Source: Candidatus Bathyarchaeia archaeon (GTDB taxonomy: Archaea; Thermoproteota; Bathyarchaeia; 40CM-2-53-6). From it: a DNA stretch of 64,000 nucleotides. The notes under the pieces were generated by a model. That model was not told where the DNA came from, ran no database searches, and was given only the letters and a program-made list of their open reading frames with translations. Positions 1 through 9,765 of the stretch are shown piece after piece (position 1 is the first letter of the stretch; each line of letters opens with the position of its first letter). A program made the position numbers and the translations under genes. The DNA lies in assembly GCA_049513715.1 (NCBI GenBank), contig JBEKVV010000002.1, forward strand, positions 224,001 to 288,000, given 5' to 3'.

Positions 1-186
1 CAAAGTCAGCAATTGTTGGAGTTGCGAACCTGAGATATTCATTGCGGGGAGAAAATAGTCTGCGACCTCGTTCGCCGTGAAGGGGAAGTCGAGATATGAG
101 GAGACCTGGTAGACTTTCCTAAGGTCTGAGTGCAGTTTCTCCATATCGACGCGTTCAGGCATCGATAATGTTCTCTGCAACTCCAC
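1..186 (-). CDS. Hypothetical protein, 5' part only (runs off window start)
   Basis: Open frame from GTG 186 (or ATG 162): MPERVDMEKLHSDLRKVYQVSSYLDFPFTANEVADYFLP..., no stop before position 1. Confidence 0.55.
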   Translation of the reverse strand, partial: MELQRTLSMPERVDMEKLHSDLRKVYQVSSYLDFPFTANEVADYFLPAMNISGSQLQQLLTL

Positions 187-350
187 TAATCCCTCTCATT
201 GGCCAAGTCGGTTGCGGCTACCCTGTTGCTACATAAAAAAGTTACTACAAACGTAGTAGCTACCAATGTTACTGCGGAAATACAAAAGCCGCCCACAGCA
301 GGCATGGACGACTGTGTTAACGGGCAAGAGTATACTCATCTGGTTTGGTG

Positions 351-1325
351 TTACGGGCTTTCGTAGTAAACTCCGCAATGTTCGCAGTGCCAGTCAGCTC
401 CTTTGGGTTCATAGATCATGGGCCGGAAACAGATCGGGCATATTGCGCCGTTTAGAACCCGTAAGGGGCGTAGGTGTGGCGGTGCTCGGCGTTTCAAAAT
501 CTGGCCTAATGGAAGTTGGATTGGCGTTGCAGCATACTTGTAGACGAAGAACGCAGCAGCGAGAGACAAGGGGATCGTTATTACTCCGACAATGATCGAT
601 CGATTCCAACCGACATCGACGGCAGAATTTGTCGTGACGATTGAGCTGGCGCTCCGTGAATCAATGTGGTTTCCGTCACCTTGCCAAGAAGCCGCCACAG
701 TCCAAGTGCCCGTTTGGGATGGGAGTAGAAGGAACCTGAAGCTTCCATTCGAGTAGGCCTGTAAGGTGCTGATGGATCTTGTGAGGTTAGGTGAGGTTAT
801 CGTGATGGTCACGATCGCCTCAGGCACGGCTGGTGAAATCGTCCCAATAAACGTGACAGCAGTGCCCACTGTGGAATTGACGCGTAGCGGGAAGAGTGAG
901 ATTGTTGTACCTTCCTTTGCTACGACGATCTCAAGCGAGGAGGCTGCGGGGGCGTGGGTACCGTCGCCGTTCCAAACGACGGATACGTTGTAGGAGTCTG
1001 CCGCGGCAGGGATCCAAAGGTACGAGAACGTGCCGTTCTCTGCGGACACTGTTTGGTTGATGGTGGGGAATTGTGATTGGATCAAAATGAAGATGCTCAC
1101 CCGCGCTGTGATGTTGATGGTTCCGAAGAGTGTGACCGAATCGCCGAAGGCGGGGGTGGGTGCTGTGGCTTGTAATATGAGTCGTGTTCCTAGCTTCTTG
1201 GAAGGTTCTGAGTGAACAGTGACTTTGGCTGTGGTTGTAGGAACCGCGAAGCCCAGAACCACGAACGCGGAAATTAGTAGTAGAGCGAGTGACACCGCTC
1301 GTGCAGAGGGCACGGCGAACAACAT
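351..1325 (-). CDS. Single-pass membrane protein: signal peptide, two Ig-like repeats, TM helix, C-terminal Zn ribbon
   Basis: Hydrophobic N-terminus; two beta-rich repeats ending YNVSVVWNGDGTH / WTVAASWQGDGNH; TM IIVGVITIPLSLAAAFFVY; CPIC...CEHC. Confidence 0.8.
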   Translation of the reverse strand: MLFAVPSARAVSLALLLISAFVVLGFAVPTTTAKVTVHSEPSKKLGTRLILQATAPTPAFGDSVTLFGTINITARVSIFILIQSQFPTINQTVSAENGTFSYLWIPAAADSYNVSVVWNGDGTHAPAASSLEIVVAKEGTTISLFPLRVNSTVGTAVTFIGTISPAVPEAIVTITITSPNLTRSISTLQAYSNGSFRFLLLPSQTGTWTVAASWQGDGNHIDSRSASSIVTTNSAVDVGWNRSIIVGVITIPLSLAAAFFVYKYAATPIQLPLGQILKRRAPPHLRPLRVLNGAICPICFRPMIYEPKGADWHCEHCGVYYESP

Positions 1326-1389
1326 CCAATTTGCTCATGAAAGCGGGACGAGTTTCTTAATGCTTTCCGAGGCTTTTCCAGTGGCGTTT

Positions 1390-2259
1390 CTACGTAGGCT
1401 TGAGGCAGGTGGGACACAACGCCAGAATTTGATACGCTGCGTACATGAAGGCCAACCCCAAAACAACTGCGAACGGGAGTCCTGGGAACATGTCACGGCC
1501 CTCGAGCATCTTGAATCCTAAGTAAGCTCCAAGAATGAGGCCGATTCCCGCGGCAACGAACGGGATCAAGCCGAAGCTGATCATTGCGTTGCTCGCCAAC
1601 ATAGAGTAGAAGACCATGTCCCCCATGCCAACGGTCAAGTCGCCGTATGTGAAGACGGCCCCTGTGAATTCCTCTAGGTCGGTTGATTGGGCCATTTTTC
1701 CGATGGGGCCTTTGTACACTGCGAATAGGTCGTACGCTGCCAGCGCCAGCAAGAGCGCGATCGCTGTAAGTGTTGGTATGGATACGCCGAGGAATGTTCC
1801 GGTCATGCCCCCGATGAGAACTATCGCGACTAGGTGCAATGGTCCTTTGGTTTTGTAGATTGCAAGACCTAGGGCGATGGCTCCGAGCAGGCTTATGAGG
1901 AGCCAGAGCCACCCCGTCGGATCCAAGACGGCAGGCAAGTAATCGGCGTATAGGCTTCCATACCAAGTGAAGAGGAAGAACAACAGCGCGAACATGGCGA
2001 TGTTGATGAGATACCGAACCACGCGTTTCAGTCCGAATCTTATGAGGAGGTACATCAGAGTCCCAGCGGCCGCCATCAATACGACAAAGATCCCTGCGTT
2101 CAACGTAATTCCACCAGGCGTTTCTGGGAACACCGTGATCGGTGTAATGGAGGCGTTAGAAGCACGAAGACTGAAAGTCAGCGCGCCAGCCAAAATGACC
2201 GCACATATTTCCGGGAGCAATTGCCCCGGCTTTGCTTTGAACTCTTTATCCTTACTCAT
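1390..2259 (-). CDS. Presenilin-family GxGD intramembrane aspartyl protease
   Basis: About 9 TM helices; YDLFAV..GP, GMGDMVFYS and PGLP (PAL-motif variant). Confidence 0.9.
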   Translation of the reverse strand: MSKDKEFKAKPGQLLPEICAVILAGALTFSLRASNASITPITVFPETPGGITLNAGIFVVLMAAAGTLMYLLIRFGLKRVVRYLINIAMFALLFFLFTWYGSLYADYLPAVLDPTGWLWLLISLLGAIALGLAIYKTKGPLHLVAIVLIGGMTGTFLGVSIPTLTAIALLLALAAYDLFAVYKGPIGKMAQSTDLEEFTGAVFTYGDLTVGMGDMVFYSMLASNAMISFGLIPFVAAGIGLILGAYLGFKMLEGRDMFPGLPFAVVLGLAFMYAAYQILALCPTCLKPT

Positions 2260-2800
2260 TCCTTAACTCCACCAATGCTTGCTGACATTTTCCGCATAGA
2301 CTAGAACCTTTCATGTCCGTGTCTTCCAAAGATTCAGACAAATGCATTACGCACAACTCATCTTGGCAGTGGTTTAGCCCTAGCGTGTGCCCTACCTCAT
2401 GGACAGCTTCCTTCACCATGCGTTCTGCATACAGACTATGCGTCTCCGAGCCTGTTGCCTTCAGTCTGTGAGTTGAAATCACACCCACGCGTCCGGCCAG
2501 TCTAGCTTCACCGAAAACGAAGTTCATCCCTGGGGCATAGATGTCATAATCAGTAATTGCCAATAAGCGACATACTTGGGTCGATTGGATATGTTTCTCA
2601 AGCAGTGCTAGAATTCTTGTGGAGTGATATTGAATTCTCCTTGAGTCGAAGGCTTCAGCGATATCCAAGAATGGCGGAAGTGTCTCCACTTCAAACCAGG
2701 GATACTTGGACTGTAGGGGATCCATGAGGGCATCTAGAGAATGGTCGGAGCTGTCACCTACTTGCAGTAGGCCCAGTGACTCAGACGTCGTAAGTTTCAC
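2252..2800 (-). CDS. amzA: Archaemetzincin Zn metalloprotease
   Basis: HEVGHTLGLNHC...CVM motif, C-terminal LCGKC, NFVFGEA. Confidence 0.9.
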   Translation of the reverse strand: MKLTTSESLGLLQVGDSSDHSLDALMDPLQSKYPWFEVETLPPFLDIAEAFDSRRIQYHSTRILALLEKHIQSTQVCRLLAITDYDIYAPGMNFVFGEARLAGRVGVISTHRLKATGSETHSLYAERMVKEAVHEVGHTLGLNHCQDELCVMHLSESLEDTDMKGSSLCGKCQQALVELRNE

Positions 2801-4040
2801 CAGGCCGAGGAGTCGTTGTCTTCAACCCAAGCTCATTCGTCGCCCAGTCGGCCAGGAGCTTGCAGTTTGCTTCCTCGCCGTGGATTACGAACACGTGTGT
2901 TGTTTTGTCTAGCTCCTTCAGGGTCTCGTGGAGTTGGGTTTTTCCGCCGTGTGAGGAGAAATCGTATTTTTCGACTCTGGCTTTGACTTTCTGTGCTTTG
3001 CCGTGCAGTATGAAATGCCCTTCGTCCAGAAGGATTCTGCCTGGCGATCCTGGGACTTGGTAGCTGACCAAGAATATGCCATTGCCTTCATTGAGTGCTA
3101 TGTTTTCCATGTAGAAGACGGATGCTCCCCCCTTGAGCATTCCCGCTGGCGATACTATCACTCCTGCGGTGCGAGCTGCTCGCCTTCGGCCATGCCAGTT
3201 AGTTATTTGCTCGGCCTCCCGCATGGCCCTCTCGAACTGTTCGCCATTCCTCAGCGAGTTCGGATACTCCTCAAGCATTCTGATCGCATCCAACGCCATA
3301 CCGTCGACGAAGACAGGGTGAGCGAAGTTGTTGTCGGCGAGCATGCAAATGATTTCTTGTGAACGCCCTACACCGAAGGCTGGGACAAGCACAGTGCCTC
3401 CACGCTCGACCACCTCATTGCAGGCAAGAACGAAATTGTGCTCCGATGTCGCTCTATCAGGGTGGTCTTCTGCCGCATATGTGCTCTCGATGACTATTGC
3501 ATCCAGATTCTTGTAGGCCCTATCGGCGCCCGTAACTAGGTGTGTGGGAACGAGGTTGAAGTCGCCCGTATAGAGAGCACGTTTTCCATCAGACTCGACG
3601 ATTACCTGGGCGCTGCCCGGTATGTGGCCGGCGTTCACCAATGTGACTTTCATGTCGCCGACCTTGAACTCCGAATGGTAATCGGTCGGGACGACGTGGC
3701 TGAGCATGCTTTCGAGGTCGATGTATTCGAATGGCAGGTAGTAACCACTCAGTTTGATCATGTCGCGGATGAGGACTTTGGTAAGTGCGAAGGTGGGTTC
3801 AACACCGTAGAGGGGCAGCTTTGATGTGTGAACATAGAAGAGTGGAATCAGGCCGCTGTGGTCGAGGTGTGCATGTGTTAGCACAACCGCGTTCAAGTCT
3901 CTTGGTGAGATGTGAACGGGAAAACCTACGTCGTGATTTATCATCACGCCATAATCCATGAGGATTTGGGTGCGCTGAGTCTTTGCAGCGATGCCGGACC
4001 TACCGACCTCTTGACATGCTCCAAGGAACCGTAATTGCAT
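2781..4040 (-). CDS. MBL-fold beta-CASP ribonuclease (aCPSF2-like)
   Basis: LGACQEVGRS, THAHLDHSG, AGHIPGS, YTGD, ESTY, FSSH, HGE; no KH domains. Confidence 0.9.
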   Translation of the reverse strand: MQLRFLGACQEVGRSGIAAKTQRTQILMDYGVMINHDVGFPVHISPRDLNAVVLTHAHLDHSGLIPLFYVHTSKLPLYGVEPTFALTKVLIRDMIKLSGYYLPFEYIDLESMLSHVVPTDYHSEFKVGDMKVTLVNAGHIPGSAQVIVESDGKRALYTGDFNLVPTHLVTGADRAYKNLDAIVIESTYAAEDHPDRATSEHNFVLACNEVVERGGTVLVPAFGVGRSQEIICMLADNNFAHPVFVDGMALDAIRMLEEYPNSLRNGEQFERAMREAEQITNWHGRRRAARTAGVIVSPAGMLKGGASVFYMENIALNEGNGIFLVSYQVPGSPGRILLDEGHFILHGKAQKVKARVEKYDFSSHGGKTQLHETLKELDKTTHVFVIHGEEANCKLLADWATNELGLKTTTPRPGETYDV

Positions 4041-4118
4041 CAGTAATCAGCTAATCTCTAATCTCTTTGTGTTTTGTTGCTGGGACCTTCCAGCTTCGAA
4101 AGAGGGACTGATCTAGGG

Positions 4119-4826
4119 TCAACCGTACATGCCGCGCAGTGAACGCGCAGTCTGCTGAAGCCGTTTGTCAATTTCCCCCTCAATATCCTTAGCGTCATAT
4201 TCCAAGTCTCTCACGTCAACCTTAAGCCCATAAGCTTTAGACACGGTTCTGATTGCAGTTGCAGCCGCTTTCGGATCAGCGTGATTCGCCGAGGCGTAGG
4301 GCAAAATAGCGACCGCTGGAAAGTTGCGCTTCTCGAATTCGCCAAGCATAACTGCGAGCGGTCCGTATACGAATAGGCCTGCCTCAAGCGTCGAATGTTT
4401 GATTTTCTTCTTTTTCACAGAGTAGACGCTGGTTGAGACAACTCTAACCCCATCCCGTCCTGATTGCAGGCTTGCGTCCAGGCCACCGATTAGAACGGCG
4501 TCTTTGAACTTGTTATCCATTACCCAATGGGCCACAGTCTTCGCAAATTCAGATTCCTCCGCTCTGTGTGGCGAGAATTCGAGTTTGAGCAAGACGAAAT
4601 TCTTTGCTTGGTAGACTTCGAATGGTGTTACCAATCCTTCTTCGGAGGTTGCAATGAAAGGGGGTGGGTGAGCTACATCAACGAATCCTATTCTTTTGGC
4701 ATTTAGGGAGTGTACGAGATATGAGACGGCGATATACCCTGTTTCACCAACGCCGTGAAAGCCTGTGATCAGCGTTGAGTTGCGCAGGTTGGTTGCGCGA
4801 ACTAGGAAGTTGACGGGCAAATGCAA
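4119..4826 (-). CDS. PAC2-family proteasome assembly chaperone
   Basis: LITGFHGVGETGYIAVSYL, LIGG, DPKAA motifs. Confidence 0.85.
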   Translation of the reverse strand: MHLPVNFLVRATNLRNSTLITGFHGVGETGYIAVSYLVHSLNAKRIGFVDVAHPPPFIATSEEGLVTPFEVYQAKNFVLLKLEFSPHRAEESEFAKTVAHWVMDNKFKDAVLIGGLDASLQSGRDGVRVVSTSVYSVKKKKIKHSTLEAGLFVYGPLAVMLGEFEKRNFPAVAILPYASANHADPKAAATAIRTVSKAYGLKVDVRDLEYDAKDIEGEIDKRLQQTARSLRGMYG

Positions 4827-5035
4827 TTTTCCTCAAGCTACTTTGGAGAAGTTCACAGAACTTGTGTCGCGGACGAATGGTTGGCGCAGTATAATAACTT
4901 CGCTAGGCCCATTCCAAACGAAACGTAATCTCTTGAACGCCGAAGGTGGATTATTTTAGACCGTGACATTCGTTTTTCCGCGATATAGAGGTCTTGTTCG
5001 CCGCAGGTGTCCTTTCCGGGCGCGCTTAGAATAAT

Positions 5036-5046
5036 GCTTATTTAAG
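5036..5046 (+). promoter_or_regulatory. Putative TATA box for thermosome gene
   Basis: AT-rich TTATTTTAAG element about 45 nt upstream of ATG 5089; GAGGT Shine-Dalgarno-like motif at about 5075. Confidence 0.45.
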
Positions 5047-5088
5047 CGGCGGTTAGATGCAAAGGGAATTACTTGAGGTAACAAAAAA

Positions 5089-6717
5089 ATGTCCTATCTC
5101 ACTGGTCAACCTATTCTCATTTTGAAGGAAGGAGCGTCTCGAAACAGAGGCCGAGACGCGCAACATAGTAACATCACCGCTGCAATCATCGTATCTGAAG
5201 TCGTCAAAAGTACTTTGGGCCCACGAGGGATGGATAAGATGCTCGTGGACACTTTAGGCGACGTGACAGTTACTAACGATGGTGCCACAGTTCTCGACGA
5301 AATTGACGTTCAAAACCCCGCTGCCAAGATGATGGTTGAAGTCGCTAAGACTCAGGATGATGAGGTCGGCGATGGAACCACGACCGCGGTAATACTCGCT
5401 GGAGGTTTGCTCAAACGAGCACAGGACCTGTTGGACGACGATGTCCATCCAACAACTATCGTGGCGGGCTACAAGAAAGCAGCAGACAAAGCGGTTCAAG
5501 TTCTCGACTCGCTGTCCGAACCGATCAAAGTTGATGATAAGGTCGGCCTCAAAAAGGTCGCCATGACTGCGATGCACAGCAAAGGGCTCGGGGGAGCTCG
5601 CGAACACTTCGCCGATATTGCCCTCGAAGCGGTTCAACTGGTTAAGGAGAAGCGCGGAGATTCATGGTATGCGGATATCGACAACATTCAACTGGTCAAG
5701 AAAGAGGGCAAGAGCCTTCTCGACACGGAACTGGTGAAGGGCATCATCGTCGACAAAGAAGTCGTACATTCAGGAATGCCGAAGCAAATCAAGAACGCCA
5801 AGATCGCACTGCTTGACGCTGCCCTTGAAATCGAGAAGACTGAGATTTCGGCTGAGATTCGAATTAACGACCCAACACAGATGAAGGCCTTCTTGGATGA
5901 GGAAACTCATATGATGAAGGATATGGTGGACAAGATCAAAGCCTCTGGAGCCAACGTTGTGCTCTGCCAGAAGGGTATTGACGACACCACACAACACTAC
6001 CTATCCAAAGAGGGCATTCTAGGCGTTCGGAGAATCAAGAAATCAGACATGGAAAAGTTGGGGAGGGCGACTGGCGGCCGAATAATCACAAACCTCGACG
6101 ACCTCAAAGCCCCTGACCTTGGAAAGGCCGCGCTAGTTGAGGAACGAAAAATCGGTGACGACAAAATGGTTTTCATTGAAGGCTGCAAAGACCCGAGGGC
6201 CGTTAGCATATTGATCAGGGCTGGGCTCGAACGTTTGGTGGATGAAGCTGAAAGGGCGTTGAAGGATGCGATTTCAGTCTTGATCGATGTTGTGCAGAAA
6301 CCCAAAGTGGTCACTGGTGCTGGCGCAATTGAGGCAGAGCTTTCGAAGAAGCTCAGGGACTACGCTGCTAAGGTTGGCGGCCGCGAACAGCTGGCCATAG
6401 AGGCTTTTGCCGATACGCTTGAGATGATTCCCAAAACGCTCGCTGAGAACGCAGGCCTCGACCCAATCGACATAATGGTGGCCCTCCGCTCAGCACACGA
6501 CACGAAAACCGGTGTCACATTTGGCGTGGACGTGCTGAAGGGTGGGGTCAAGGACATGAAGAAGCAAGGCGTCGTCGAACCAGTTCGAGTCAAGGAGCAG
6601 GCAATCAAATCTGCAGCCGAAGCGGCATCGATGATTCTGAGGATTGACGACGTGATCGCTGCAGCGAAATCGGCACCCACACCGCCTCCTAGAGGCGGCG
6701 AAATGCCAGAATACTAA
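5089..6717 (+). CDS. ths: Thermosome (group II chaperonin) subunit
   Basis: [30 protein letters not shown]. Confidence 0.97.
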   Translation: MSYLTGQPILILKEGASRNRGRDAQHSNITAAIIVSEVVKSTLGPRGMDKMLVDTLGDVTVTNDGATVLDEIDVQNPAAKMMVEVAKTQDDEVGDGTTTAVILAGGLLKRAQDLLDDDVHPTTIVAGYKKAADKAVQVLDSLSEPIKVDDKVGLKKVAMTAMHSKGLGGAREHFADIALEAVQLVKEKRGDSWYADIDNIQLVKKEGKSLLDTELVKGIIVDKEVVHSGMPKQIKNAKIALLDAALEIEKTEISAEIRINDPTQMKAFLDEETHMMKDMVDKIKASGANVVLCQKGIDDTTQHYLSKEGILGVRRIKKSDMEKLGRATGGRIITNLDDLKAPDLGKAALVEERKIGDDKMVFIEGCKDPRAVSILIRAGLERLVDEAERALKDAISVLIDVVQKPKVVTGAGAIEAELSKKLRDYAAKVGGREQLAIEAFADTLEMIPKTLAENAGLDPIDIMVALRSAHDTKTGVTFGVDVLKGGVKDMKKQGVVEPVRVKEQAIKSAAEAASMILRIDDVIAAAKSAPTPPPRGGEMPEY

Positions 6718-6719
6718 AC

Positions 6720-6753
6720 CCCCTTTCCACTCTTCCTTCTTCTATTCCTTTCC
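6720..6753 (+). terminator. Pyrimidine-rich tract, possible archaeal terminator
   Basis: C/T-rich run immediately after the thermosome stop. Confidence 0.35.
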
Positions 6754-6767
6754 GCGTTTGCACACGG

Positions 6768-6775
6768 TTAAAATA
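6768..6775 (+). promoter_or_regulatory. Putative TATA box for tRNA-Glu
   Basis: TTAAAATA, implying a transcription start near 6795-6800. Confidence 0.5.
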
Positions 6776-6816
6776 GCGTGTGCTCTCGATAGTCGGATTG
6801 CTCCGGGCAACTGTGG

Positions 6817-6967
6817 GCTCCGGTAGAAGCGTTCTGCTACCGAATATAGCCCGGTCAAGGCGATTAGTCGCCGAGAGTATGCTGGCCTCTCGAGCATGAC
6901 GGGGAGAGTCAGCGACGCGGGTTCAAAAGCGAGTGCTCAACCGCTGAAAATCCCGCCCGGAGCACCA
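6817..6967 (+). tRNA. tRNA-Glu: tRNA-Glu(CTC) with four BHB-type introns (6827-6844, 6858-6875, 6893-6906, 6928-6950); CCA encoded
   Basis: Removing the four inserts gives GCTCCGG TA GTAT AGCCCGGTCAA GTAT G CTGGC CT CTC GA GTCAG CGAC GCGGG TTCAAAT CCCGC CCGGAGC A CCA, a complete cloverleaf; each insert has a 4-bp central helix with 3-nt bulges. Confidence 0.9.
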
Positions 6968-7057
6968 AACCTCAAACGAATTTTGGGGCCGTGCGCCGAT
7001 TTCTTGGACCCCATAGGGTGGGGAGGGTTAGTTTTTTGCCCACCAAGCAATAATGGC

Positions 7058-8770
7058 TCATCCCATGCCTAAGCGTCGATTGATGTAGGCTTCGATGATT
7101 TGTCGAAGGGTCCCCAGTGCTATCGCGCCGTTACCCAGCAGCACGTCGTGGAATTCTCGAATGTCAAAGTGGTTGCCTAGCCGTTGTTTTGCTTCTTCGC
7201 GTAGGCGGAGGATTTCAAGTTGCCCTGTCTTGTATGCGACCGCTTGACCGGGCCATGTGATGTACCGGTCTACTTCGTTCACGATATTGTTCTCCGCGAG
7301 GGCTGTGTTCTGAATCATGAAGTCGATTGCCTGTCGCCGGGTCCATTTGTTCGCATGCATGCCCGTGTCGACTACGAGTCGGCATGCTCGCCATGCGTCA
7401 TAGGATAAAACACCGATTCGGTCCAGTTCGCTGGAGTAGAGACCCATCTCATCCGCTAGCCTCTCAGTGTACAATCCCCAACCCTCAATGAAAGCGGTGA
7501 CGCCACTGTACTTTCGGAACGCTGGGAGGTTTTCCAGTTCCTGTGCGATGGCGAGTTGTAAGTGATGGCCGGGAATTGATTCATGGTATGCAAGCACTTC
7601 CGCCTCATAGAGAGGTCTGGTTTCGGGCGCAGACGTGTTAATGTAGTACCGCCCTGGCCGAGAACCGTCGGCAGCCGGTTGACGATAATAGGCTATTGTG
7701 GAATGCTTCTCCTCATGTTCCTCCATCCTTACGACTTCGCAGTCTGCCTTCGGAAGCCGTCCAAACCAATTCGGGATTGCAGCCTTCGCCCGCGCCAGCG
7801 CAGCCTCTGCCTTCGCGGCAACTTCAGCCCGCGTCTTGAAGTACAGTGATTGGTCCGTTCGGAGGCGCTGCAAGATCTGTTTCCGGTCTCGGATTCCGAA
7901 TACTTTCTCTCCGAGCGCTTCCATCTCATGGTTGATTCGGGCAACTTCGCGGAGGCCTGTGTCGTGGACCTCATCCGGGGAGAGGTTGAGTGATGTGTGG
8001 ACGCGGATAAGTTGACGGTAACTTTCAACGCCACCCGGAACGTAGACAATCCCTGGAAGTTGTTGCGGGCGGGATCGTGGTAGGATCTCAGATTCGAGGA
8101 ATGCGAGGTACCGCAGGAACGCCGGACGTACAAATTCGCGGGCAGCACTCGTGAGGGCATCCCTAAACTCAAGTCGTTCCGTTTCCGTCCAATCATCGTG
8201 AGGGACGGTGAGTGGACGCAAGAGGGCCCACTCCTGCTCCGATTTATCTTTCAACTCCCGAATTTCGTCAATGACTTTCTCGACACATACCTGGATGGCT
8301 ACCTTGTTGGCGGCTTGGCCGCGGCGGAGATTTGCGATGTGGTGATCAAGATATTGGCCCATCCTCTGCCAGCGTTTCACCATCGCGCGACTTTCAACGG
8401 GGATGCGCACGGGTTGGTATGACTCCAAGTTCAAGAACTCAACCTGCGGACCGCTAAGCGGGTCCACGGTCCATTCCTCAAGGTGGCACCGCATATCATC
8501 AAGCAGTGCTTCAACGTCAACGAGAAGCGCAGCCAGCGTCAGCTGGTCTTTGGCGGAAAGACTCTTTTCAGGAATCTCATGGGCCCGCTGGAAGATGGAT
8601 GCGTATTGTCCCTCCTTCTGTGTGAGCGCTTGCGGAGTGATCTGTGGTAGCTGGTCGTCATATCGTCTATCCCCCAGTGCCGTTGCGTAAAGCGGTTCAT
8701 TGATCATACGAATTTGCCAGTACTCGGCGGCAAGAGTTGCCAATTGCTTCGAAGCTGCGGTCTCAGGCAA
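7058..8770 (-). CDS. DUF885-family protein (putative metallopeptidase)
   Basis: YHESIPGHHLQ, FIEGWGLY, RLVVDTGMH, EVDRYITWPGQA. Confidence 0.9.
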   Translation of the reverse strand: MPETAASKQLATLAAEYWQIRMINEPLYATALGDRRYDDQLPQITPQALTQKEGQYASIFQRAHEIPEKSLSAKDQLTLAALLVDVEALLDDMRCHLEEWTVDPLSGPQVEFLNLESYQPVRIPVESRAMVKRWQRMGQYLDHHIANLRRGQAANKVAIQVCVEKVIDEIRELKDKSEQEWALLRPLTVPHDDWTETERLEFRDALTSAAREFVRPAFLRYLAFLESEILPRSRPQQLPGIVYVPGGVESYRQLIRVHTSLNLSPDEVHDTGLREVARINHEMEALGEKVFGIRDRKQILQRLRTDQSLYFKTRAEVAAKAEAALARAKAAIPNWFGRLPKADCEVVRMEEHEEKHSTIAYYRQPAADGSRPGRYYINTSAPETRPLYEAEVLAYHESIPGHHLQLAIAQELENLPAFRKYSGVTAFIEGWGLYTERLADEMGLYSSELDRIGVLSYDAWRACRLVVDTGMHANKWTRRQAIDFMIQNTALAENNIVNEVDRYITWPGQAVAYKTGQLEILRLREEAKQRLGNHFDIREFHDVLLGNGAIALGTLRQIIEAYINRRLGMG

Positions 8771-9227
8771 CGCGTTTCAGTTCCCCCACGGCTCGAACAA
8801 CTTGTCACAGGCTGAGGGTTCAAAGATATCATATATCCGAATAAAACCTGTGAGTTTCTCTGGTGTTACCGAACGACTTCAAGCCAAAGAAAGACGATTT
8901 CCGCGGCTGGATCGTCGCGAAAACCGCTTGGAGCACTCAGCTATCCAACCTCGAAGTCACAGTCAGGGTTGGGGGTTCTTCGTGATTTTGTGGCTGGAGC
9001 CAGCAAGGCTTTCAGGAAGGCTTGGGGCGCATGTCTAACAGGGTAGTCTCAACTGAGCAAGTGCGGTTAATGTGATGCAATTGTGAACGGTTTCAATCAG
9101 AATCCCAAACGCAATTGCCGAGCTCTGTAAATAGATTTCATTTGGTGGAATTTTCATCCAACGCCTTAATAATCCATTCAACTCACGAACAAGCCACATC
9201 AAAGTGAATGTTGAACGGTGAACTGGT

Positions 9228-9602
9228 TTGGATGTTCCTAGGTTTACCGATCTCGAATTGTTCCTTATGTCAGGTTGGATATCCTACATACTAGTCCGAA
9301 CTCTTGCCGACTCCGTCAAACTCCGGTTATACTTAGACTTCAAGGACTGGAAGATCAAGGTCGGAAGGCCGTTGCAGTCTCAGCCCAAGTCCGTGTTTGG
9401 CAAGGCCTCCCAGGCGATTGGCGGACAGAAGGATGTCCCGAACACGCATATTCATCACTTTGTGTTTGGGATGGGCCTCATGCCGTTCACTTTTATTGCC
9501 CTTTACTGGCGCTTCTGGTTTGGCCCAATACTGGCTGGCGTGGTCATGGCGCTAGTATTTTCCGAAATCAAAGAACTCGTTCTGATGAACTGGGGCCAAT
9601 AG
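9228..9602 (+). CDS. Hypothetical membrane protein
   Basis: 124 aa, three hydrophobic segments, HIHHF motif. Confidence 0.65.
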   Translation: MDVPRFTDLELFLMSGWISYILVRTLADSVKLRLYLDFKDWKIKVGRPLQSQPKSVFGKASQAIGGQKDVPNTHIHHFVFGMGLMPFTFIALYWRFWFGPILAGVVMALVFSEIKELVLMNWGQ

Positions 9603-9765
9603 ATCGTCCACACAATCCCAAGTCCTGGATATTTCAGGAGCAAATAATCCGGCGAATGCATCACGGCGGAGGCGGGCTGAACTCATCGACTAATGTGGTG
9701 AAACAGGGCGATGAGTAGAACACTGAGAAGCTTTTTGAGTTAAGAATAGGACCTGATAGCGCTTG

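Noticed and set aside
6800..6823. Fifth intron in the tRNA-Glu acceptor stem, suggested by the duplicated GCTCCGG at 6800 and 6817
   Set aside because: The registers tested (3/4 to 7/8) give no 4-bp BHB central helix, so the upstream copy is treated as a leader.
6896..6909. Alternative intron placement at 40/41, which would give a perfect CTGGC/GCCAG anticodon stem
   Set aside because: No central helix forms in that register; 37/38 fits the canonical geometry, leaving one G-U pair.
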